A program made the translations under genes and the position numbers. A stretch of DNA of 63,633 nucleotides, filler included, from Chrysochromulina tobinii (lineage: Eukaryota), in assembly GCA_001275005.1 (NCBI GenBank). It is 6 parts of 6 records of this genome, joined end to end, with 100 filler letters (N's around TTAATTAATTAA, not from the genome) between each part and the next. Parts side by side here need not be neighbours in the genome. Positions count along the whole stretch, not along the records: positions 32,815 to 41,337 come from JWZX01001066.1; positions 41,438 to 54,053 come from JWZX01001067.1; 4 more parts are not named here. One strand, given 5' to 3'. Numbering within the stretch: the first letter of the stretch is position 1; the number at the start of each line of letters is the position of its first letter. Positions 32,826 to 43,669 of this stretch are shown piece by piece. The notes beneath the pieces were generated by a model. The model worked only from the letters and a program-made list of their open reading frames with translations. It was not told where the DNA came from and did no database searches.

Positions 32826-34958
32826 ATGTCGCTGGCCCCCAGGCGAGGACGGAGAGGCAGTCCGCGCGAGAAAGAGGTCCATCGAAGTAGGGGGTCGAGC
32901 GAACTGAGGCTGCTTGTCGCTCGACTCTTCACTTGTGAACGAGAGGAGAGGTGTTTACTCGACAGGTTTGTGCTGTTGTGCACAGAATTCGATGTTCGTC
33001 AGCGAGGGCCGCCGCACATGGCGGTTAGAGGTCTCAGAAATTTCCATGGCGTTGCCGCTTTTACGGCGTCAGTACAGCCGTTACAGCCAGCACAGCCAAC
33101 GGACAGCCGAAGTGGCGGCTCTGGCAGCGGCGACTCGGCTTCACCCACGGCGGCGGCGGCAGCGGCGGCAGCGAATGGAAAAAACACGATGGACGTGCTG
33201 ATGCAAGCCGGCAGAAATAAGGCGGCTAGCAAGGAGCCGGCCGGCGTCGCGCCCGTGGGCGCTGCGCTTATCCCCGCCTCCACCGCCGCTCTCGCACCCG
33301 CCGCCCCCGCCGCCCCCTGCCCCTCGCCCACCGCCACCTGTGCCACGACGGCCACCTGCGCCACCGCTTCTGTCGCTGGCTGGCTGCGCCTCGCTGGCTG
33401 GCATGCCAAAATGGTGCCGGGGGCAAGCGTGTGGCAACTCGGCCGCTCTGCTCGCATAGGCTGCCATCGGCCCGAGTCTCATCAGATGTCGAGTGCCACG
33501 CAGCAGCAGCAGCAGCAGATGCAGATGCAGATGCAAGAACGACCGCCGCCGACGCTCGCCGCCGTACCTTCGCCAACATGGGAGCCGGGCTCGTCGGCTG
33601 CGGCTGTCGCTGCGGCGCTGGCTGCGGCAAGGCACGCGCCCGTCGCCGCGGCCGCCGTCGCGCCCGCTACCGCGGCCGCCGTCGCGCCCGCTGCCGCGCC
33701 CGCTGCCGCGCCCGCTGCCGCGCCCGCTGCCGCGCCCGCTGCCGCCGCTGTTCTTCGTGCAGGCTTCTATTTCGAGGAGCGTCCTCGCTCCCAGTCTGCT
33801 GTTGATGGCGCCGTACCCTCCACTCTTGGCGCTCGTGGGCTACCCGCCTCCGTCGCTGCGGCCATTGCTGCCACCTCTTCCAACGCCTCGGCTGCGCGCC
33901 CAGCGCCGAAGTCGCATCGTGCACCGCCCACAGCCCCGAGCGTTCCCACAGCCCCGAGCGTTCCCACAGCCCCGAGCGTGCCCACAGCCCCGAGCGTGCC
34001 CACAGCCCCGAGCGTTCGGCAGCCGCCGCCGCGACCCTCGCAGCCTGCAAAGCCTCTGGCGCAGCCTTCGAAGGGTGAAGCGCCCTCACAGCCGCATTGG
34101 ATCAGTTCTTTCCAGCAGCGTACGGTGGCGCCCGTACACCGCACTGCGCCGTCGCATCGTCGTGCGCCCTCGCCACGCGCCATCGGCCAGCCATACGCCG
34201 CCGCCCCAGCCCCAGGGCGCATCCACCGCATGCCTATGCGGACGGCAGTGCGCGCCCCGCCGCCACGACAGCGCCCGACGGACCCGCTTTTGATCGGTCT
34301 GGCCACGTCCGCCACGCTCAATGCACACCCTTCGCAGCCGCCTCCGCCGAGGGAACCGGCGCTGCCGCCTACCTCGCAGCCGCCGAGCCCCACCTGCTCG
34401 CCAGAGTCGAAAGCGATCGCGTTGCTGCTCAGTGTGAGCGCGACGGTGGCGCCCGACATGGCGCCCGTTGAGGCACGTCCGCCACGGTCTGCACTGGTAG
34501 GGGGAAGGGCCGCCGCGGCCGTCGCCTCTCAGCGCATCCCCACGCCGCAGCGCCGTCGCAGCGTGACATTCGCAGACGAGGCTCTGGCGTCGCACGGCCT
34601 CGCCGTCGCCGAGGTGCGCCCGCCTTCAGCCCAGGCGCCCACCTACGGGCTCACCTTCGCCGCCTCACATCTCGATGCGAGCATGGCCATTGCGCAGCAG
34701 CAGCATCAGCAGCAACAAACGCCGCAGCAGCCACTGCAGCCCGGGGCTGTGAGTGCAGGGGCAGTGGGCAGGTATCACGGCGGCGGGAGGTGGGCCGAGC
34801 TGGGTGGTGGCGAGCTGCAGCCTAACGTCTGGATGGTTCCCGTGTCCTTCGTGCAGGGGCAGAGGGCGCCACCACCCAAGCCCATGGCCCATGCGTTGGC
34901 CAGCACAGAGGAGCGATCTGCGCTCGCGATGGTGCGGAATCAGCAAGGAGCGTCTTGA
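32826..34958 (+). CDS. Low-complexity Ala/Pro/Gln-rich hypothetical protein (5' end uncertain)
   Basis: 710-aa ORF; PTAPSV and AAAP repeats; no recognised domain. Confidence 0.45.
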   Translation: MSLAPRRGRRGSPREKEVHRSRGSSELRLLVARLFTCEREERCLLDRFVLLCTEFDVRQRGPPHMAVRGLRNFHGVAAFTASVQPLQPAQPTDSRSGGSGSGDSASPTAAAAAAAANGKNTMDVLMQAGRNKAASKEPAGVAPVGAALIPASTAALAPAAPAAPCPSPTATCATTATCATASVAGWLRLAGWHAKMVPGASVWQLGRSARIGCHRPESHQMSSATQQQQQQMQMQMQERPPPTLAAVPSPTWEPGSSAAAVAAALAAARHAPVAAAAVAPATAAAVAPAAAPAAAPAAAPAAAPAAAAVLRAGFYFEERPRSQSAVDGAVPSTLGARGLPASVAAAIAATSSNASAARPAPKSHRAPPTAPSVPTAPSVPTAPSVPTAPSVPTAPSVRQPPPRPSQPAKPLAQPSKGEAPSQPHWISSFQQRTVAPVHRTAPSHRRAPSPRAIGQPYAAAPAPGRIHRMPMRTAVRAPPPRQRPTDPLLIGLATSATLNAHPSQPPPPREPALPPTSQPPSPTCSPESKAIALLLSVSATVAPDMAPVEARPPRSALVGGRAAAAVASQRIPTPQRRRSVTFADEALASHGLAVAEVRPPSAQAPTYGLTFAASHLDASMAIAQQQHQQQQTPQQPLQPGAVSAGAVGRYHGGGRWAELGGGELQPNVWMVPVSFVQGQRAPPPKPMAHALASTEERSALAMVRNQQGAS

Positions 34959-35337
34959 CCGGGGATGTTCATGTTGCGGCTTAGATTATTGTTAGGTTAC
35001 TGACTGAACGGTATACGACGTATCGTAAGCCGTAGTGCGTGGAGTCGCGCGCGAGTCATAAGTATAAGATTTCTAGTATACCCGAGGTACACGCTTTCGG
35101 CTTTCCGGCATACGAAGCCAACACGTGACAAGAATGACAAAAGAATCTTAAACACCGACACTGCGGCTATCCTCGAGCGACCCTGCTCGTACGCGACGCA
35201 CCAGGCACCACCTATGCGTAATGTAATACTGTCTACGATACTCAACCACCTGAGGACGTGCTGGCATCATCTTGATCTTCGAAATTCCCCCACCGCCGAT
35301 CATGTAAAACCGACCGGAACGACTAAAAGAAAAAAAC

Positions 35338-35916
35338 TCATTCGCCCACGAAGCTATCCAACTGTGAGCTGAACTCAGCCCACAAGCTGCGCACCTCCTC
35401 AGCGAGCGTCTCGGCTTGATCGCGCACGGCCGCCGGTTTACAGAGGATGTGTTTGGCGCGCTTGGACCCGCCGGACTGGAGCCGCTGCAGCCTGGTCACA
35501 TTATCTGCCTCGTGGCGTAGCTTGGCGCGCCTACGTGCGACCTCGTGCGCTCTCAGCTCGCGCTCGCCGGCATCCAGTGCCAACCCATACTCAGTCTGGT
35601 CATAGCGGATGAACTCGAGTACGCCCTGCCGTGCCGAGTCTAGGGCTAGCTCGTCGCACGTGACGACGCGAACAGCCGCGTCTGCGGGAGCGCCGTCCGT
35701 TTGGCCATCGGCCCACTGCAACTGCTTGCCCACATGCCGGCGACGCGTTGTGGCTCCTTGGGGTGCGCGACTCGCCGTGTTGCCGACAATGCTGTTGGCT
35801 GCGCGGTCTTGCTGCAAGTTTTCGCCCAATGTCGTCCCTGGTCTCTGAAACTCTGTGTTGTTATGTAGAGCCTGGATTCTCTTGGCCTCGGATGCTCGCG
35901 TGCGTCGCGTCGTCAT
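35338..35916 (-). CDS. Hypothetical protein
   Basis: ATG-initiated ORF with a helical C-terminus, divergent from the CSD gene. Confidence 0.4.
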   Translation of the reverse strand: MTTRRTRASEAKRIQALHNNTEFQRPGTTLGENLQQDRAANSIVGNTASRAPQGATTRRRHVGKQLQWADGQTDGAPADAAVRVVTCDELALDSARQGVLEFIRYDQTEYGLALDAGERELRAHEVARRRAKLRHEADNVTRLQRLQSGGSKRAKHILCKPAAVRDQAETLAEEVRSLWAEFSSQLDSFVGE

Positions 35917-36359
35917 GGGAAGGATCAGGCACGAGAGCCGGGGTGGAGAGGCACCCACACACTTTCGGAGGGACCACAAACTCGAGAAAACGCAAGTCAA
36001 GTCAAGTTCAAGTACAAGTTCAAATTCAAGTCAAGACTTGACTTGACTGTGGCCACACCACGCCACACCGCGGCTCGCACGCAACGCCCGCACGCACTAC
36101 ATTGTACCGGTACCGTACATTGTCCAGGGTTGCTCAGCGATATCATGTACTGTATCGGCTCGTTAGAATTACTACATGTACAGCTCGTTACATCTGACTC
36201 GAGTGGGGGGGGTGTCGCGTGTGTAACTCAAAAACGTCGTACCGGTACGGCGTTAAGACCACTGTCGTCACGTCGCCCGAGGCGGTCGCCGTCCCTTCAC
36301 GTCGCCGTCCTGCACTTCTGCGCAGCCATCTTCTTGCACACAATCCAAACAATAGCAAT

Positions 36360-36692
36360 ATGCTCTCGCTGATTGCAAAGGCAGGCAACGCTGCGCGTCC
36401 TCGCGTCGCTTCATCCTTGCAAATCGCCACGATGGCAACGCACGCTGGAACAGTCAAGTGGTTCAACGCTGAAAAGGGGTTTGGCTTCATCACACCCGAC
36501 GGTGGTAAAGCGGATATCTTTGTGCACCATACAGGCATTCTTACCGATGGCTTCCGCTCGCTTGCAGAGGAGGAACGGGTGGAGTTTGACACTACAGAGC
36601 ACAATGGTAAGATCAAAGCCATCAACGTAACGGGCCCAGACGGCGCACAAGTCAAGGGAGCCCCGAAGCCACGCCGCGACGACAACTACTAA
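36360..36692 (+). CDS. Cold-shock domain protein with probable organellar transit peptide
   Basis: [36 protein letters not shown]. Confidence 0.93.
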   Translation: MLSLIAKAGNAARPRVASSLQIATMATHAGTVKWFNAEKGFGFITPDGGKADIFVHHTGILTDGFRSLAEEERVEFDTTEHNGKIKAINVTGPDGAQVKGAPKPRRDDNY

Positions 36693-37298
36693 GCAGTGCC
36701 ATCGTCCTTCTGCTCGACCGAACCGGACACTTTCGTTGTCGAGCATTTGCGATAGAGGTGCTTCAGGATGATCGCAAGAGTAGAACGTTGACCAATGACC
36801 GCGACGTTGACGTGCGTGGTACCTTGTAGGTACCGTATAAGGAAGTACAAGGTGTGTACTCGAGTACGTAATGATTTTTTGCACTGTGGACTGCACAGCG
36901 TATAGATTGAACGTGAGCCGGCACCTAGCCGTGTCGTCGGCTGTGTGTATGAGGTTTCACGCACGTGAGAGGTCAGAGGCAAGGTCTGAAGGTGTCCTGA
37001 AGGTGCAAGGTCAGAGGAGGTCTGAGTGCAGCGAGGACTGTAATCTCGAGCTCTGTATCGTAGAGGGACAGGGCCTGTCGGACGAGCACGAGCGGTAACG
37101 TAATATGTCACGCCACGCGTATTGAGACCGCTGCGACCTCGCACCTCGCACATCCCGTCCCGTCGCTCAACCAGTTTGGATGCGTTGCCCACCTCCACGA
37201 GGCATACGGCGGTGACGCAGCTGCTCCCCGCTGTCGCGAATGCATAGTTGCCGAGCGGGCGGCTGTGCTCTGTGGACTAATCACTTTGGAGTACAGTA

Positions 37299-37369
37299 CT
37301 GGAGCTGCAAGCAAGCAAGCTAATTTTAGTCGAAACAACACAAGCTTGCTTGCTTGCTTGCTGGAGCTG
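37299..37369. mobile_element. Candidate 53-bp micro-element with 13-bp TIRs and 9-bp flanking direct repeat
   Basis: ctggagctg-[caagcaagcaagc...gcttgcttgcttg]-ctggagctg. Confidence 0.4.
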
Positions 37370-37655
37370 CGGTGCTGCGCTCCCACGGTTGTCATCAGAT
37401 AGCGGCAGGTGCCGAGAGGCTCGGGGGTAAAGTTCCAGCGGCAGTCTCAAAAAGGCAACCCCTCCAGAAGTTCGTGAAACCGTCGGCATCCGATGCGGAA
37501 CATGCGAGTGGCCGTCTCTCTCCTGTGGCCACTCTGTCCGAGCGAGCTCCGCCCTGTCGTGCCACTCTGATGGGCATGCGCATTTGCTGTACAACTTCAC
37601 GATGACAACCGTCACGCAAACACGAAACTCGCCGAGGCGCGCGTGCGACCGCTGC

Positions 37656-40405
37656 ATGGCACGATCAACTTCTTGGTTGATGCGTCTGACCTTCCTCGCT
37701 ATCTCACTGGATGCCTTTCAGGCGAATCCTCCGCCGACGTCGCCGCCTCCACCATCACTATCGCCACCTCCACCATCGCCTCCTCCACCGTCACCATCGC
37801 CGCCTCCACCGTCACCACCATCGCTGCCACCTCCTTCACCACCACCGCCATCACCGCCATCACCGCCGTTGCCACCGCCACTGCCTCCGCCGCCGTCGCC
37901 TCCGCCTTCGCCACCGCCACTGCCACCACCGCCGTCGCCGCCGCCGTCGCCTCCGCCCTGGCCACCGCCGTCGCCTCCGCCTCCGTCGCCACCGCCACCT
38001 TCGCCGCCACCTCCCTCGCCACCTCCACTGCCACCACTACCAAGTCCACCACCGCCCTCGCCGCCACCGCCTTCGCCTCCACCATCGCCACCACTGCCGT
38101 CGCCGCCGCCGTCGCCACCGCCATCTCCACCGCCATCTCCACCACCGCCGTCGCCTCCGCCATCGCCTCCGCTGTTGCCGCCTCCGCCATCGCCTCCAAC
38201 ACCATCCTCTCCGCCGTCTCCACCGCCGTCTCCACCGCCATCGCCACCTCCTTCACAGCCTCCACCATCGCCTCCGCCGTTGCCGCTTCCGCCATCGCCT
38301 CTGCAGCCATCTCCATCACCCTCTCCACCACCAACACCACCACCAACACCACCACCATCTCCACCGCCTTCGGCGCTTCCGCCATCGCCTCCGCCGTTGC
38401 CGCCTCCGCCATTGCCTCCACCGCCATCCCCACCAACGTCTCAACCGCCTTCACCATCGCCATCCCCACCGCCTTCATCGCATCCGCCGTCGCCTCCGCT
38501 GTTGCCGCCTCCGCCATCGCCTCCACCGCCATCCTCTCCGCCGTCTCCACCGCCGTCTCCACCGCCGACACCACCACCATCTCCGCCGCCTTCATAGCCT
38601 CCACAATCACATCCGCCGCCGCTTCCGCCATTGCCTCCGACGCCGTCGTCCCCACCGCCATCTCCACCGCCGTCTCCACCACCAACTCCACCGCCTTCGG
38701 CGCTTCCGCCATCGCCTCCGCCAATGCCGCCTCCGCCATCGCCTCCATCGCCATCCTCAACGCCGTCTCCACCGCCTTCACCACCGCCATCGCCACCTCC
38801 TTCACAGCCTTCGCCATCGCATCCGCCGTTGCCGCTGCCGCCATCGCCTCTCCAGCAATCTCCATCACCGTCTCCACCACCATCACCACCACCAACTCCG
38901 CCGCCTTCATAGCCTCCACCATCGCCTCCGCCGTTGCCGCTTCCGCCATTGCCACCGACGCCGCCGTCCCCACCGACGTCTCCACCGCCGTCTCCACCAC
39001 CATCTCCACCGCCTCCGCCATCGCCTCAACCGCCATCCCCACCGCCGCCGCCATCGCTTCAACCGCCATCCCCACCGCCGTCTCCACCACCATCACCACC
39101 GCCATCTCCACCGCCTTCATCGCCTCCGCCATCGCCTCCGCTGTTGCCGCCTCCGCCATCGCCTCCAACACCATCCTCTCCGCCGTCTCCACCGCCGTCT
39201 CCACCGCCATCGCCACCTCCTTCACAGCCTCCACCATCGCCTCCGCCGTTGCCGCTTCCGCCATCGCCTCTGCAGCCATCTCCATCACCCTCTCCACCAC
39301 CAACACCACCACCAACACCACCACCATCTCCACCGCCTTCGGCGCTTCCGCCATCGCCTCCGCCGTTGCCGCCTCCGCCATTGCCTCCACCGCCATCCCC
39401 ACCAACGTCTCAACCGCCTTCACCATCGCCATCCCCACCGCCTTCATCGCATCCGCCGTCGCCTCCGCTGTTGCCGCCTCCGCCATCGCCTCCACCGCCA
39501 TCCTCTCCGCCGTCTCCACCGCCGTCTCCACCGCCGACACCACCACCATCTCCGCCGCCTTCATAGCCTCCACAATCACATCCGCCGCCGCTTCCGCCAT
39601 TGCCTCCGACGCCGTCGTCCCCACCGCCATCTCCACCGCCGTCTCCACCACCAACTCCACCGCCTTCGGCGCTTCCGCCATCGCCTCCGCCAATGCCGCC
39701 TCCGCCATCGCCTCCATCGCCATCCTCAACGCCGTCTCCACCGCCTTCACCACCGCCATCGCCACCTCCTTCACAGCCTTCGCCATCACATCCGCCGTTG
39801 CCGCTTCCGCCATCGCCTCTGCAGCCATCTCCATCACCGTCTCCACCACCAACACCACCACCATCTCCACCACCATCTCCACCGCCTTCGGCGCTTCCGC
39901 CATCGCCTCCGCCGTTGCCGCCTCCGCCATCGCTTCAACCGCCATCCCCACCACCGTCTCCATTGCCTTCACCACTGCCATCTTCACCGCCTTCATCGCC
40001 TCCGCCATCGCCTCCGCTGTTGCCGCCTCCGCCATCACCTCCACCGCCATCCTCTCCGCCGTCTCCACCGCCGTCACCACCACCATCTCCAACGCCTTCA
40101 CAGCCTCCGCCATCGCCTCCGCCGTTGTCGCCTCCGCCACCGCCTCTGCCGCCATCTCCACCGCCGTCTCCACCGCCGTCTCCACCGCCTTCACCGCCTG
40201 CGCCATCGCCTCCGCTGTTGCCGCCTCCGCCATAGCCTCAACCGCCATCCCCATCACCGTCTCCACCGCCATCACCACCACCATCTCCACCGCCTTCATC
40301 GCATCCACTATCGCCTCCGCCGTCCAGGGCGGCGTCGAAGGCCACGTCATCGTCATGGGCGGAGTCAGGGGCAGCATTGAGGGCGGCATCAACGGCGGCA
40401 TTGAG
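37656..40405 (+). pseudogene. Extensin-like SPPP-repeat protein gene with four in-frame TAG codons
   Basis: Signal-like N-terminus, then about 2.6 kb of SPPP codons; TAG ends at 38597, 38912, 39566 and 40235; GTAAG donor at 40406. Confidence 0.5.
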
Positions 40406-40449
40406 GTAAGCTTAAATGCCTCTCACGAACTGTCACTCGGACATCGAAG

Positions 40450-40768
40450 TCCTCTATCTGACTGCCTCTCCCTGACTGCCTCTCTCGGAGTGCCTCTCTC
40501 GGAGTGCCTCTCTCGGAGTGCCTCTCTCGGAATGTCTCTCTCGGAGTGCCTCTCTCGGAGTGCCTCTCTCAGACTGCCTCTCTCAGAGTCCCTCTCTCGG
40601 AGTGCCTCTCTCAGAATGTCTCTCTCTGACTGCCTCTCTCGGAGTGTCTCTCTCAGAGTGCCTCTCTCAGAGTGCCTCTCTCAGAGTCCCTCTCTCTCCG
40701 AGTGTCTCTCTCTGAGTGCCTCTCTGAGTGTCTCTCGCTGAGTGCCTCTCTCTGAGGGTCTCTCTCAT
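40450..40768. repeat. Pyrimidine-rich (GTGCCTCTCTCGGA)n-type array, probably intronic
   Basis: Degenerate tandem units following a GTAAG donor. Confidence 0.85.
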
Positions 40769-41337
40769 CGGTCAACTACAATGTAACTACCCCATCGCCC
40801 CGATGGGAAGATTGCTGACGCGCTTGCCTCGACTCTCGCTTGCACAAGTGCGGCTGATGCTCCAGTCAACTACAGTCGGTACGTGCCGCAGAGACCTGCA
40901 ATTTTCCCATCGCCCCGATGGGGAAATCGCTGAAGTGCTTGCCTCGACTCTCGCTCGCAAAACTGTGACGGTGACGCTCCGGTCAGCTCAATATCTCGTT
41001 AGAAGGCCGTGCACTGTGACGGCGCTGCAACCTCCTGTGCTCCCGTCGTCCCACCGTCGTCCCACCGTCGTCCTCGCCATTGTCCTCAACTTGACCGTCT
41101 CCGTCCACAGCCTCGCCGCCGCCGCCACACAGCCCGCCCTCGCCGCCGCCGCCCTCGGCATCGCCTTCGCCGCCACCTCCCATGCCCCCGTTGCCTGCGC
41201 CCTAACCCTCACCGCCGCCGCCCACACCCTCACAGCCACCGGCCTCGCCGCCGCCCTCACCCACACCGCGTGAACACAACACCGCGTGCGCGCCCTCACC
41301 CTCGCTGCTTCCGCCCTCGCGGTCACTGCCCTCGCCA

Positions 41338-41437
41338 NNNNNNNNNNNNNNNNNNNNNNNNNNNNNNNNNNNNNNNNNNNNTTAATTAATTAANNNNNNN
41401 NNNNNNNNNNNNNNNNNNNNNNNNNNNNNNNNNNNNN
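41338..41437. other. Assembly spacer
   Basis: N + TTAATTAATTAA + N. Confidence 0.97.
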
Positions 41438-41488
<51 letters not shown>

Positions 41489-43169
41489 CCAAGGCAAGGG
41501 CGGGCGGCAGGCTGGGGGCGAACGAGGCGGCGGCGGCGGGCGACGGGCCCGCGGCAGAACTTGGGGCGCTCCCCGACAAGAACATCGAGGACGGCGGCGC
41601 AGCTAGCGAGGCGACGGCGCCAGCTGACGTGCGCGGAGGCGCCAAGAGGAGCGTTCGTGGCTCTGTGGCCTCGTTGCCGAGCGCGGCCGCAGCCAGACGT
41701 AGAGCCGAGAGCGGCGAGGGGCTATCTCCGAGGGAGATCGGAACGGAGATCGGGCGGAGCTCGGGCGTCGTCCATGCGGAGAGCGCGCCCGTCGCGGGCT
41801 GCGGATGCGGCGCCTTGGCGCGCGACGCCACGAGCTTGTGCGGATGCCTCGCGCGGACACGCCGGTAGCACGAGGGGCACAGCTCATACCCGATGCACAC
41901 GCGGCAGGTGAACCACAAGTGAGCCTCTGAGGGGTGGCGCATCGCACGGCACTCGTCGCACCAGGCTCGGAAGGGCTCAGCGGTTTCCGCGACGACCTGG
42001 TGGGTCTTCGGCTCGTTGGCGCGGCGCGCGTAGCGCGAGCGGCCCTCGAGCACCGCCGCCGCGTGCTCCGCCTCCGCCGCCGCCTTGCGGACGCGCGCGA
42101 GCAGCTGATCCACGAGCTGACGCAGTCGAGCTTTGGGCGTGGTGCCCTTCGTGGCGGTCCCGAAACGACCGAGCAAGGCGCGTAGCTCGCTTGCGTTCAT
42201 CTGCTCCACATCGCTCTCGCGCGGCAGCATCGCGAGCGTCATCGGCGTGCCACCCCCAGGCTCGTGACCGCGCGCGCCCGACGTCGCGTCCTCCTCGTCC
42301 TCGTCCTCGTCCGCGTCCGCGTCCGCGTCCTCGCGCCCCTCTCCCATCTCCACGTCGTCAGCCGGAGCATCCGGCTCAAGCGCACCCGTGCCCGCAGCCG
42401 CACCGCGCCCGCCGCCGCGTGCACCCTCACGCGGCGCGTGCGCCCGCTTCACTTCGGCCACGGACGCGCGCGCCTCGGTTCGCGCCCTCTTCGACGATGG
42501 GCGCGCCACGGCTGTGCCGCCGGCCGTGTCACCAACGGCCTTCTTCTCGCGCGCGGGCGCGGGACCGCCCGCCCGAGCAGCCGCGGCGCTCACCCGGGCG
42601 GCGCTCGCCCGGGCGGCGCTCGCCGCAGCGACGGCAGCGCGTCGGTTGCTCGGCGTCGGCACGGAGCACAGGCCCGCGTGGTACGAAGGCAGCGTGCATC
42701 CCTGTATACCGCACACGAGGCGACGACCGGGCGAGGAGTCGTCTTCTTCGTCGTCGTCGTCGTCCTCCTCCTCGTCGTCGTCCTCCTCGTCGTCTTCGTC
42801 GTCGTCGTCCTTCTCGTCGTCGTCGCCGCTCTCGTCGCCCTCGCGCTCCCCAGAAGCGGCGGCACTGGCGCGGCCACCAGCATCATCGGCACCCTTGCTA
42901 GTGGCCAGCTCGGACGCGAGGGGCGTATCTTCGGCGCACTCGCCACAGGCGTCGCGGCCATCGGCCTGGGGGGCGCGGGGTGAGCCCACGGACGAGTTTT
43001 CGGCTCGATCGCTTGTCAGGCGCGGCACCACCACATTCCCGGGAAGGCTCGTCGGAGAGTGCTGCGGCGAGGACGCGACGCCTCGGGTGCGGCTGCCAAG
43101 GTCGGGAGCACGGCAGATGCCCGCGTGGTAAGGGGGCAGGGGACAGCCGTTGATACCGCACACCGACAT
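41438..43169 (-). CDS. ZZ-type zinc-finger protein with two CGxxGCxLPxYHAGxC motifs, acidic tracts and a SAP-like helix pair; 3'-truncated
   Basis: WCDEC...FTCRVCIGYELCPSCY...HPHKL; MNASELRALL...KARL. Confidence 0.7.
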
Positions 43170-43669
43170 CGACGGCGCCGCTCCTGCAGCGTGAGCGAGA
43201 AATCGGCGACCGACTTCGTCCCGACCGGTGGGAATCGACCGGGGGGCGGTCGGGTGTCCAGAGAGTGTCGGGATTCGCCGAGATGCGAGTCTCGTCGCGT
43301 TGCCCCGCGTTCAGATGTTATTTTTTGAGCGCTACCAGTCAATTTACGCATGGCGCGTCCGCGATCGGCAGGAAGTTCGGCACCCTCCGGTTTCCTCGGG
43401 GGTCGGGGCGGCCTCGGCGGCAACGACCGCCATTACGCCATTTGAAGCTGAACCCGTACCAACGTGCAACGAGCCCGGGGGCCGCGAGGCCTTTCTTGTT
43501 TACAGTCCTCTACTCGTCTCTCCTTCAGTTAATCAGTCTATACATGTATACGAGGAAGTCCGAGATTGTCCAATATAATGTTTCGTCAACTCCCCGGCGC
43601 CAGGCTCGCTTATAGAGATAGACGGCCCAGGGGCTCGGTTAGATCTCGGATGACCGACGACCGATCAGC

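Noticed and set aside
37643..40741. 1032-aa Ala/Ser/Thr ORF, and His/Arg and Met/Ala/Glu ORFs
   Set aside because: Alternative frames of SPPP-coding repeats, which are naturally stop-poor.
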